Assembly: GCF_036971445.1 (NCBI RefSeq)
Contig: NC_091472.1
Span: 27,838,001-27,902,000, forward strand
Length of the DNA: 64,000 nucleotides
Direction of reading: 5' to 3'
Origin: Narcine bancroftii
Lineage: Eukaryota
Shown: positions 38,201 through 50,200 of the stretch, piece by piece
Layout of the letters: each line of letters opens with the position of its first letter
Position numbering within the stretch: the first letter of the stretch is position 1
The notes under the pieces: generated by a model
The model's database searches: none
What the model was told of the DNA's origin: nothing
What the model saw: only the letters and a program-made list of their open reading frames with translations
Position numbers and translations under genes: made by a program

Positions 38201-41200
38201 GGGGCATGGCAAGATGGCGTAGATGGAGGACATGTAGTTCCATCTCTCCCCAGTTGGACTCATAAATACCCGATTTTAAAAGTTGTGAAAGTGGTGAAAA
38301 ATAGTACTTACAGACTTCTGAATAGTGGAGAATTAAAATGGCTGCAAATGTGAAGAAATCAAAAGCTCATTTACAAAAGAAATTACCTTATAAGAGTGTT
38401 GAAGAACTGAGGCCTACCTACCAAGTTGAAGCCACTGAGTCATTGACAGAAGTTCCCAAGCCTCAATGGACCCCTGCTTGGCTGAATATAACATTGGTGC
38501 CGATTGCGCATTCACAAGATGGCGTTGGTTCTGTTGTGAGCTCGGCCGGCCCTGACTCGTGCTCCCGCAGTATTGTCTGGTGGTCCAGGGGCATGCAGTG
38601 CAGCGTCGGAAAATATGCCTGCATGGTTGGCGACCTTCCTGGGTGTGAGTAGTGTGTCGCGTGTCAGGGAATTGCTGGAGAAGGAGTGGGCTGTGGGGGA
38701 ACCCGAACGATGGTGGACTGACGAGGTCGGCATGCAGTCGATGGGAATACAGACCTGCAGCCGCACTGGAAGAGGTACAATTGTAAGAGGAAGAAAGCCT
38801 GCTGTAATGGAATCAACACGGGAAGAATTTATAGAGGCTGGGACTAAAGAAGGTAGGCCTCAAGAGGAAGTGATGGAACCTGGTCTGGATTCTGTTTTAA
38901 CAATTTTGGAAGGGATTGCACATCAAATGGAAAATATGTCAGTGCAGATGTCTACACAGATAAATCAAGGGTTTCTGGAAGTGAAAACGAAAATGAATAA
39001 TATTTGTGAAGAAATAACTTCTGCGAAGAAAGATATGACTGTGGTTAAAAGTGATGTTAATAGATGTGTGAAGGCAGTGGATACTGTACAGGATAACTTA
39101 AAAAATTGAAGAAACTTTCTCTGAATGTAAGATTGTAATAGAGAAAAAATGGAAAAAGTGGAGGATTCTTTTGTGGATTGGGGGATTCAGAAGAAGGAAT
39201 TATTGAAGAAGATTGATTCTTTAAAAAAATCAAGGTTGAAGAAATAATGTAAAAATAATAGGTCTTCCAGAAGATATTGAAGGCTCGCATCCAGTAAAAA
39301 AAATTTAAGAAGTGGATTCCCGATGTATTGGGCAATGAATTTTTTCCAGATGGTTTGGAACTGGATCAGGCACATAGGGCATTGAGGAAAAAACCCTTTC
39401 TGTGCCAACGACCACGAGCAGTTTTGATCTGTTGTTTGAGATACCAAGATAGAGAAATTATATTACGAATTGTGGTGCAGAAGGCGCGACAAAAATCAGT
39501 CTCCATAAATGGTTCAAAATAATATTGTTCTTTTTTTGCTGATTTGAGCCAAGAAATTATTAGAAGGCGTCAAGAATTTAATTCAGCTAAAGAAGAATTG
39601 TGGAAAAAGGGTTATAAATTTCCTTTTCGTTATCCTGCTGTATTGAAAGCTTTTTATGGAAATTTTCAATCTCAACTTTTTTGAAAATGATCATGATGCA
39701 TTAATTTTTGCTAACTTATTGCCAGATTTACAAGGAAGTGGAAGGTCGTCATTGTTGTCGCCTAAAAGGAGGGTAAATGGAAATGGGAATGGGAAGAATG
39801 GGAAACAAGGAAAGAAGGTTGAACTGACACAAAGCCTCCTTGATATTGAAGATCGGGAACAGTCATTGGGACTGGAATCACTGGGTTGAATGTGTTTGAC
39901 TAACTATTTGTGAAAGTCTGACTGGGGAGGTGGATGACACTGACACTTTTGACAGTCATCTGCCACTAGTGGGTTTTACCATACCCAGGTTTTTATGGAG
40001 TTACTACTTTTTTGTAGTTTGTTGGGGGTAAGTACATATTTTAAAAATTTTTTGGACCTTTTATATAGGGAGGGTTTAGTGTATTAAGGTTAGAAAGGGG
40101 AGCAATATTTTATAATAGTGAGAAATTTATTGTTAAACTAAAGAAATGTCTAATTTGATTTTTGCAACTTTTAATGTTCAAGGATTGAATAATGCAATTA
40201 AGCGTAAAAGTATGTTGACCTATATAAAAAAAATGAAAGTTGATGCTGCTTTTTTGCAAGAAACACTGAAAAAGAACATTTGAAACTGAAGAGGGAGTGG
40301 GTTGAACATGTTTGCTTCTTCTTTTAATTCTAAGGCAAGGGGTGCAGCGATTTTGATTAATAAGAAATTACCATTTGAATTGGAATTATTTGAAGGAAAT
40401 GCTGGGAGGGTTTTGATGGTGAATTGTAAAATTTTTGCTGAATCTTGGACTTTGTTGAATATTTATGCACCTAATGTAGATGATGATCGATTCATATCAG
40501 AGGCTTTTCTAATGTTAAATCAGGCCAATGAAAATATTCTGATTGGGGGAGCCTTTCACTGTGTTTTAGATCCTTTATTCGACAGATCTCCGAAAAGTAT
40601 AAGGAAATCAAAGATGGCAATACAAATGGGAGCTTTGATGAAAGATTTGAATTTGGTTGAAATTTGGAGGAGAATAAATCCAACAGAAAAGGATTTTTCT
40701 TTTCATTCATCTAGACACGATTTGTTTTCCAGAATAGATTTCTTTTTCATATCGGCACATTTGCAAGGTAGAGTAGCGCAGGCTGAATATAAAAGTACGG
40801 TTAAATCTAATCATTCTATGTTGTTCATTTCTTGTGTAAGTTCAGAAGTGTTTCAATCGACTTACAGATGGAGGTTTAACACAATGTTATTGAGGAAACC
40901 AGAGTTTATTACTTTTGTTAAGGAACAGATTACTTTATTTTTGGCTGAGAATGTTAATTCAGTAAGTAGTAATTTTGTATTTTGGGATGCTTTGAAAGCA
41001 CGTTTGCATGGACAAATGATCAGTTACTCTACAAAAGTTAAAAAAACAATATTTGGTGGAAAGTTCAACATTGGAGAAACAAATTACTGAGTTGGAAAAG
41101 GAATTTCAGAAAGATGTTACAGAAGATAAGAAAGCAACATTAATTAAGTTGAACTTACATTATAATACTTTACAAACATATCAGTATGAGCGATTAACTC

Positions 41201-41430
41201 AATGATCAAAGCAATGTTACCATGAATTGGGTGAGAGAGCGCACAAGGTATTAGCAAGGCAATTAAAAACGGAGCAGGCATCACAAACTATTAATGCTGT
41301 TAAAAAGAATTCAATAGTTACTTATAAACCTCAGGAAATTAATGATCAGTTTTATTCATTTTATCAGAAATTGTATACTTCTGAGGGAAAGCAGGGTGCT
41401 GGTTTTATTGAATCTTACTTATCCAAGTGA
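38201..41430 (+). mobile_element. L1-clade LINE 5' half: 5' UTR, frameshifted ORF1 (about 38338-39889), spacer, and ORF2 endonuclease/linker from ATG 40146; 3' part lost
   Basis: ORF1: coiled-coil, then LDQAHRAL...RPRAVL...YQDREIIL and ADLSQEI.RRRQEF. ORF2: TFNVQGLN, FLQET, LLNIYAPN, SRIDFF, WRFNT.LL, FWDALKA. Confidence 0.93.
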
Positions 41431-41759
41431 AAATCAGCATGGAAGCAAGAAGTTCATGAGGTTGCAAATGATGTTGGAGAGATAGAGAGAACCGGAGGTT
41501 GTATGCAGATAGAAAAAGAGTATGAGAAAAGGTTAGTGACCTGCAGATGTAGTATCAAAGAGAACTGGCCAACAAAAAAGACGGATATGAATTCTAAATA
41601 TTTCTGGAAACATAGTGTTTAGGAATGAGACCAATGGAATAAACAATAGGTGGTGGAGGTGATGGCGGTTATGATAAAATGGTATTTATTGATTGAAGAG
41701 AATATTGCAGTACCAGAATGATAAAAGACCTTGGAATAGTCTATTTTGATTCAGGGTTC

Positions 41760-42560
41760 TGCCACAGGGAATCAGCCCTTCAGCCCAACATTCAGGTCAA
41801 CCAAGCAGGCACGACTTGCCTGCATTTGGTCCACACCCCACTAAATAGGTGGTTTTCAACCTTTCTCTTTCCACTCACATACCACCTTAAGTAATGCCTT
41901 ACTAACTACTTAGCAGCTATGGCATCCTACCTGTCGAAACGCCTTTAGTCCCTGCTCCTATCACTTGCTCTGGCAGCTTGTTCCATATGACCACTGCCAT
42001 CTGTGTAAAGAAGGAGTCTCTCAGGTCTCTTTAAAGTCTTTCCCATCAATGCCTTCTACTTTTAGATCCACCTACTCTGGGAAAGAGGCTGTGACCATTT
42101 GCAATTTACACTGTATGTAGTCTTGATATTGTAGAACTATTAGGTCACCTTGTCTCCTCTTGCACTCCAGTCAGAAAAAAAACACTGAATCTATCCAGCT
42201 TTCCTTGTAACTCAAGCACCCCTCCCCCCACCCAATCCTGACTACATTTCCCGATCGACCTTTTCAGAATATTTTTCAGTTTAATGACATCTTTCTGATC
42301 ACTGGGTGACTCAGAACTGCACACAATATTCTAAGTACAATCTCACCAACATGTTGGACTGTTGTAACACAACTTCTCTGTTTCTGTGCTGTATGCCATG
42401 ACTAATAATGGCAAATGTGACAAGAGACCCTGTTTACTTCCATCATCATTTTCATGTAGCTATGTACCTGTACCACTGGATCTCTTTATTCTGCACTTTT
42501 CAGGGTCTTCCCAGTCATTGTGTAAATCTTGTCCTGCTTTAACAAACCAAAGTTGTTCAA
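41760..42560 (-). mobile_element. Old CR1 fragment containing a half hAT-MITE (about 41848-41930)
   Basis: cagaactgcacacaatattctaagt motif; ggtggttttcaacctttctctttccactcacataccaccttaag. Confidence 0.7.
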
Positions 42561-42636
42561 GTTAAGAACTTGTTCAAGTTAAGTACAGGCAGTATTCTTT
42601 TGTCCATCAAGATGTGGGAAAAATGTTAAGCAACAA

Positions 42637-42860
42637 GCCCAGCACAGTTGGCACAGCAATTAGCACAACACCTTAAAATTACAGCAATCGGGACTGGTGA
42701 TCGAATCCCGCACTGTCTGTAAGGAGTTTGTACATTCTCCCCATATCTGCATGGGTTTTTCCCAGGGGCTCTGGTTTCTTCTCACCATTCTAAACATACT
42801 GGGGGTGTAGGTTAATTGGATGTAAATTGGGTGGTATGGACCAAAATGGCCTGTTACCGT
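42637..42860 (+). mobile_element. V-SINE (HE1-like)
   Basis: tcgaatcc box and gtaaggagtttgtacattctcccc core. Confidence 0.82.
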
Positions 42861-43189
42861 CAGGGGGGCAATGCTATTTTTTTTAGGTGCCGGAGCTGAC
42901 AGAATGCCTGTCAGTCCCTATATCTTCTCTATATATGTCACACCCAATCTGTGTACATGAATGGGGCAAAGAAGCTGCCCAGTACATGAAATGAGCAGGT
43001 ACACAAATTGGGTGTAACATATATATATAATATATGAATAGGGCTTCTTATAATGTCAAGCACTAAGCCAAGATGAAAGAAAAATATTTATTCCTGAGCT
43101 CCACAGAAATATAAAGATAGTTAAGACATTAACAAGATTATAGTCATCACTACATTTAAAACGGATATAACTAACTGGTACAATAAAAA

Positions 43190-43640
43190 TGAAGACCCAA
43201 CTGTGCTGGGTGGGTCACGTCTCCAGAATGGAAGACCATCGCCTTCCCAAGATCGTGTTCTATGGCGAGCTCTCCAATGGCCACTGAAACAGAGGTGCAC
43301 CAAAGAAGAGGTACAAGGACTGCCTAAAGAAATCTCTTGGTGCCTGCCACATTGACCACCGCCAGTGGGCTGATCTCACATCCAACCGTGCATCTTGGTG
43401 CCTCACAGTTTGGCGGGCAGCAACCTCCTTTGAAGAAGACCACAGAGCCCACCTCACTGACAAAAGTCAAAGGAGGAAAAACCCAACACCCAACCCCAAC
43501 CAACCAATTTTCCCTTGCAACCGCTGCAACCGTGTCTGCCTGTCCCGCATCGGACTTGTCAGTCACCAACGAGCCTGCAGCAGATGTGGACATACCCCTC
43601 CATAAATTTTCATCTGCGAAGCAAAGCCAAAGAAGAAGAC
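43190..43640 (+). mobile_element. RTE LINE 3' fragment
   Basis: Highly similar to about 21058-21489. Confidence 0.92.
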
Positions 43641-43779
43641 AATAAAACATATAATGCCTAATTTAATAATATGACAAAGTATTGCATGGTTGAACTCACT
43701 AATTATCTGCAGAAGTTTGGTAGATTAACTCCAGTGAGGAAATCCCCAAAATTCCCCAAAATGTGTCTTGTGCCCTTGT

Positions 43780-43870
43780 TTTCTCAGGTCTCTCCCTTGT
43801 CTCTCTCTTTAAAATGCCATCTCTTTTTCTGTCCATACCTTGAGTTTGTCCTATCTCTCCACATCAGGAG

Positions 43871-43943
<73 letters not shown>

Positions 43944-44700
43944 GTCTGTCCTGGTCATTCTTTCTCTCTGTGGGGATTGCCTCTTGGAATTTTGTTCTGT
44001 TTCCTTCCTCTTGCTTTCCTGGTAATTCTTTCTTCCTCCACCCAAACCCTCAGGTCACAACTTTCCTTGTTCCTTCTCCATGCCTCTCACTTTCTTTTCT
44101 GCATCTCTTGCATCTATCTAGGCCAGGTCTCCTTTCACGTGGATTTGTCCTTCTCTCACACTATGACAACCCTTTGTTCATTCTTCTCTCTCCACCCCGC
44201 CACCCTCAACCTGATTTGCGTCTCTCTAGAAATCTCCCTCTCCCTATCTATCCTAGGTCTCTCTCTCTCTCTTTCTTATCCAAAAACTCACTCTTTCCAC
44301 AACCTGGTCCCACTCCATCCCATGTATCTCCCACCCTGATCTTTTCCTCTAACCCAAGTCAAGGTCTGTTGATCTATCTCCCCAGTTTCCCTCTATCCCA
44401 GGATTCTCTCTTTCTACCTCATATTTCTTCTCTCCTGGGGTTCCTCATTCTGTCCTGCATCACTCTCTCCCAAGGTTTCTCTCTCATTGACCTTAATCTC
44501 CTTGTTGATTTATCTTTCTCACTATCCCAGGTCTCTCTTTCTTTCCTTGGTCTCCTTATCACTCAGTACTTTCTCTCCCAGGTCTTTTTCTATCTCTACC
44601 TGTTATTCCTAGGCCTCTCTTCTCTTTCACCCCCTCCCTTCACCCACCCATCCCATGTCTCTCCCTTTTTCCCGGGTCTTTCTCTCTCTAAATTCACCTG
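43780..44700. repeat. (CT)n microsatellite within an approximately 0.9-kb polypyrimidine low-complexity tract
   Basis: Pure (CT)n at about 43874-43939; C/T-dominated sequence with recurring AGGTCT-like motifs. Confidence 0.85.
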
Positions 44701-45315
44701 TACAACTTTGATCCCAGCCAAAGGCCCTTCCTCTCTGACAACTGCCGAGAAATAGAACAATATAATTTCTACTTGAGGGCTAATTTGGAATGGAATACTA
44801 TTATCAATTTGATCCCTTCTGTAAGTGGCGAGCACAGCTGAATTGGTAGAAGTGGACGAACGGTGGGCAAGATAGGCTATCGGAGCCTCCGCTGCAAGGA
44901 CCTTACTGTGTGGTCCCAACCAGATGGTGATGTCACTCACCACATAAGAATTAGTTGGAACCCGGTGTCCTCACTCACGCACATTTGAGTACAGAGGCAG
45001 TAGAGAGGATCCGCCAATCATTCCCTCAACTTGCAGGCTGGCTTCCCCACCATTCCTGATTCACTAATGCCTGTGTGACAAATGGAAAGGTGGGGAGCAG
45101 GCTGTATCCCAACTTAAATTCTAAAACTTGTTGGGAGAGGAATGTTCTCTCAAATCTACAATCTCATCTCCCTCATTCATGGAGAAGTTGATCCTTTTTT
45201 TACAGAGATACTGGTGCTGGAGTGGCACTGCAGTGACCTCCAGCAGCACTGCATCCCTGTCTAAATGTTTAAAAGATGCAGAGATGTGGACTAGTCAATT
45301 ACTGATGATAGTTTA

Positions 45316-46340
45316 CAGTGTCCTCCATAATGCTTGGGACAAAGACACTTTCCTTCCTTTATTTGCCCCTGTGCTCCTCATTTTAAAATTTGTAATCAAA
45401 CAATTCACATGTATTTAAAGTGGACATTTCAGCTTTTTTTCAAGGTTATTTGTATACATTTTGGTTTGACCATGTAGAAATTACAGCAATTGTTATGCAT
45501 TTCAGGGCACCATAATATTTGATACATTTGGCTTCACAGGTGTTTGTGAATACACAATTATGTTTAATTACTTCAATGGTGCAGGTATAAGAGAGCTTGG
45601 CTTGCTTCTAAGCTCTTGATAACCTTTGGAGACTGTAGTTGCTATTTTTCAACATGAGGACCAGGGTTATGCCCAATAAAAGTCAAAAAAATCTGTTATG
45701 AGGGCCATTGCTAATAACAAAAGAAGTCTCATCATAATGGTGAATAATCGCTCAACACCTGTCTGATAGATTCAGGATGCATGAGAGGCAAGATGCAGAC
45801 CAATAGTTAGCCAGACAAAGCATGGCCAGATCAAAGGTTCTTGAAGATAAGATAAGACCAAGATGAATCTGTATCAGAGTGATGGCAGGAGCAAAATATA
45901 GAGTGGTAAATGAACTGCCCAAGATCCAAAGCATACCACCTTTGCCATGATTTGCATCTTGCAGTGTCGACTCTGTATTTCTGTTCATGGAGTCTTCTGT
46001 GGACAGTTGTCATTGACACATCCACACCTGCTTCCTGAGCAGTGTTTCTGATCTGTCAGGCAGATGTTAGGGGATTTCTCTTCATTATGATGAGAATTCT
46101 CCTCTCATCAGGAGTGGAGGTCTTCCTTGGAATGGCAGTCCCTTTGGGATTACTGAGCTCACCAGTACATTCTTTCTTCTTAATGATGTTCCAAACTGTT
46201 GATTTTGGTCATCCTAAGATAGATGTCTCTAGCTGTTTTATTCTTGTTTTTCAGCCTCATAATGGCTTCTTTGACTTTCATTGGTACAAGTCTGGTCCTC
46301 ATGTTGAAAAATGGCAACTACAGACTCCAAAGGCGATCAC
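45316..46340. mobile_element. Tc1-like transposon remnants in opposite orientations
   Basis: TA|CAGTG terminus at 45316; + strand LYQSDGRSK-like remnant; - strand DVSMTTVHRRLHEQKYR (HTH region). Confidence 0.75.
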
Positions 46341-46529
46341 TTGGTGTGACATGAACATAATTTGTAACTTATCTGAACATAACTGAATGATGTCCACATG
46401 CACTTATAGGCTGTTCTATTTTCCAAGCAGAGACTTATCTTCAGTCAGCTCTTGATAATGAGGGTCTGACATGATTACTGAAGGAAGGGTAATCATTTTT
46501 CAAAAACATTCAATGTTCCCGTCAGACTA

Positions 46530-47710
46530 TGAGAGTTGACCTAATGAAGGTGTTTAAGAATAAGATTAATTTTAAGATTAAGATTATGAGAGGTTAATCT
46601 CATTAATATTAAGATTAATTTTAAGATTAAGATTATGAGAGGTAAATCTCATTAAGATTAAGATTAATTTTAAGATTAAGATTATGAGAGGTTAATCTCA
46701 TTAAGATTAAGATTAATCTTAAGATTAAGATTATGAGAGGTTAATCTCCTTAAGATTAAGATTAATCTTAAGATTAAGATTATGAGAGGTAAATCTCATT
46801 AAGATTAAGATTAATTTTAAGATTAAGATTATGAGAGGTTAATCTCATTAAGATTAAGATTAATCTTAAGATTAAGATTATGAGAGGTTAATCTCATTAA
46901 GATTAAGATTAATTTTAAGATTAAGATTATGAGAGGTAAATCTCATTAAGATTAAGATTAATTTTAAGATTAAGATTATGAGAGGTAAATCTCATTAAGA
47001 TTAAGATTAAGATTAAGATTATGAGAGGTTAATCTCATTAAGATTAAGATTATTCTTAAGATTAAGATTATGAGAGGTTAATCTCTTTAAGATTAAGATT
47101 AATCTTAAGATTAAGATTATGAGAGGTAAATCTCATTAAGATTAAGATTAATTTTAAGATTAAGATTATGAGAGGTTAATCTCATTAAGATTAAGATTAA
47201 TCTTAAGATTAAGATTATGAGAGGTTAATCTCATTAAGATTAAGATTAATCTTAAGATTAAGATTATGAGAGGTTAATCTCATTAATATTAAGATTAATT
47301 TTAAGATTAAGATTATGAGAGGTAAATCTCATTAAGATTAAGATTAATCTTAAGATTAAGATTATGAGAGGTAAAGGCAGAGTGGACAGCCACCACCCTT
47401 TTCCCAGGGTGGCATGACCAATACCAGAGGACATCTGTTCCCAGTGAGTGGAGGGAAGTTTATGGAAGATGTCAGAGGACTTCTTTTTCAAACAGGGAGT
47501 GGTGGGTATCTGGAATGCATTACTGGGAATGATCTAGAGACTGATACAACAGAGACATTTGTAAGACTCAGAGATGGGCACGTGGATGTGAGGAAAATAA
47601 GTTGTTATGGAGTGTGAAGGAGGAAAAGGTTAGATTGATGAATGGAGTAGGTTTATATGAGACAGTACAACATTTCTGGTCGAAAGACCTGAACTGTTCT
47701 ACGTTCTAAT
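46530..47710 (+). mobile_element. CR1 3' fragment hosting a minisatellite expansion
   Basis: gacctaatgaaggtgtttaaga[array]ttatgagaggtaaaggcagagtggacagcc restores the CR1 DL..VFKIMRG sequence. Confidence 0.82.
46557..47372. repeat. 49-bp AT-rich minisatellite, about 16.5 copies, built from TAAGAT hexamers
   Basis: TATGAGAGG recurs at 46585, 46634, 46683 and so on to 47363; one unit is 6 bp shorter. Confidence 0.95.
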
Positions 47711-47919
47711 ACAGCTGACATAGATATGCTTTATAAATGGGTGAAATGCCATTAATAGAGCATTATCAATGTTTAAACATTTGTATATAATGTGCAACGA
47801 TTGATAGAATTGGCAGCCAATATCCTGCACTGTCTTGCCTCTCCAGCTTGAAATCCATGCTGCCCTCTGCTAGGATGCTCTGACAGGAAGCAGCTCCACC
47901 AGTGAAAGCCCTGTCTGCA

Positions 47920-48290
47920 GCCATAGAACCATAGAACATTATACAGAAAACAAACCCTTTGGCCCTTCCAGTCTGTGCCAAGCTATTATTCTGCCAAGTT
48001 CCACTGATCTGCACGCAGACCATCTCCCTCCATTCCCTCCCATCCATGTCCTTGTCCAAAATTTTCTTAAATGTTAAATACGAGCCCGCATTCAACACTC
48101 TCTGTGTGAAGAAATTCCCATCTACCGTGTATATTCCTACCTTGGTTTGTCCTTTCAAAATGCAACACCGCACCCATACAGGCATTAAGTTCCTCCTGCC
48201 ATTTTTCCAGCTGCTTTAGATCCCTTTGCAAGCTTTGAACGCCTTCCTTGCTTGTCTGCTACATCTCAAGTGTTGGTGTCATCTCAGCAC
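47920..48290 (-). mobile_element. CR1 3' fragments
   Basis: catagaac tandem tail; GNFFTQRVLN remnant. Confidence 0.7.
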
Positions 48291-49829
48291 TGGGATCATT
48301 CACTAACCCTCTCTGCCACCCCACCTCTTTCTCCTCCGAGTTGATCACTGAAACAAAGACAGTTGCTGAATATTTTGGCCATCTGTCCCAATCTCTTTTT
48401 TTGTGCCTTGTTTAGTTTGTTTGCAGGGACAATTTATTAAGTAAAGATGGAATATAAATTTGTTTTAGCAACAGTAAGTTCCCTTAAAGGACATGAATGG
48501 TGCAATTTAATTATTTAAATGGTTCAATGTGGCCAACCATGGAGGGAAAGAGATATATGGCTATTTAAGATGTGAAAGTAACATGAGTTGGCTTCAACAC
48601 ACAATAATCTTGCAATGATTACTCTTTAAAACTATATTTTCTTTTGTTTTCCCAACACTTGCTAAAAATTATGTAGTTAGTCATCACTAAATAAGGCTCT
48701 AAGCTCTAGGAAAGGCAAACAACACTTGTAGCAAAGCGGTTACTGAGTTGGATCACAATCCTTTAGCATATGTAACAACCTTCAGGCAATATAAATACAG
48801 ATGGCATCACTGTCAGCCGTTATTTGTGCCTTTCACAATATTTAAGAAAGAATAGAGTCTGCTGAGTGAATAAAGTAAAATGATTTAATCTTTGGCAAGT
48901 TAATGGAGACATATGGAAGGTCAAAAAGACTGACACGTTTGCACGAGAGTGGAACAATCGCTGTACGCTATTTCATACGTATATCGTGTCAGAGAAGGCT
49001 GCGGGTCAAGTGCCAAAAATGGGGTGGTTACCATGGAGACAATGGCCTGAAGAACCTGTTCCAAAGCTCTTTGACTCTCTGGCAAACAAGAAAGTAAAAT
49101 AATTTTCAAAATGTATCCAGTGTCCAAGTGCGCTTGCCACGGTCGGCAGTCGGCTGCCAGATACCACAAAGGTTCTGACTCATAACCATCCAGAGGTAAA
49201 GTTACGTCACGGAAGTTGTAACTTTGCTACAAATGTGAAAGGAGTACACTTACAAATATTGAGGGTGAATTCCTGGAGCATTAGAGCATTAGTGGAATCA
49301 ATGTCAACGAGACCATTGTCATATCATATATATGGAGAGCGTGATTGCTATGGTGTCAGTGACCTTAAGTGAACCCTTCCCCTCACTCCCCTCACACACG
49401 TCACATCAGTTTGATTTTGGGTACTTGAAAACTGCATATAAAGACCTCCTCTTGATTAGAAATGACAGCACAATAGGTGGCTGTTACTACTGTTACCTTA
49501 GTTTCAAAGATCCATTGCTTAATTGGCTTTTGGTACCAGGATTGCTTATAAGAGTTAAATTTCTTGATTAATCTTCATCAATTGAGTGTTCAAATGTATT
49601 CATATATGAAAATAACACATTTTCCAGTAGATATCGGTCTCGAGCACATTACTTGTCAGTCAGCCGCATTTATTACAAAAAATGATTCACAGACCAGACA
49701 CAGAAACCACCCCTTTGGCCATTGAGTCCATGCCAACCACCAGGCACCAGCATGCTAATACACACACATTGCATTTGAGTCTAAAGCATACCACCTTTTA
49801 TAGCCCCATTCCTATCAAATCCCTCACCC

Positions 49830-50200
49830 ACCTAGATTTGGAGGAACAACACACCTAATATTCCACCTGGGCATTCTCCAGCGACATCAATTTCTCTGGT
49901 TTTTGTTAGACCCCTCATCTGTCCTCTCTCTTCCTCTCCCTCTGTCTACTCTCCTCCAGCTCCCCATTCAGAGCCCTATCCCTCCTCCATCACTCAGGTT
50001 TTTTTCTCTTCTGCCCTCCCACCCATATCTACCTATGACCTCTTGCCTGTGGTCCTGTGCTCCTCCCCTTCCCCTCCACATACTATTTTATTCAGGCTCC
50101 TGCCTGTGTTTTACTCATACTTTGATGGAAGGCTCAGGGCCGAAACATTGGTTATATATCTTTGCTGCACAAGGAACGCTGCATGACTTGCTGAGTTTCT
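49830..50200 (+). mobile_element. Penelope-like element 3' remnant
   Basis: ttggaggaacaacac...ctaatattccacctgggc (LEEQH-LIFHLG, GIY-YIG C-terminus), a pyrimidine tract and the ggctcagggccgaaac motif. Confidence 0.78.

Noticed and set aside
40302-41090. 262-aa endonuclease ORF as a domesticated gene
   Set aside because: It is part of a frameshifted L1 ORF2, with degraded catalytic motifs (GAFH for GDFN, SNH for SDH).
43671-44755. 222-aa and 261-aa Leu/Ser-rich ORFs
   Set aside because: Read-through of C/T low-complexity DNA, which is depleted of stop codons.
44596-44943. 115-aa minus-strand ORF in non-repetitive DNA
   Set aside because: No recognisable homology and no convincing exon boundaries.
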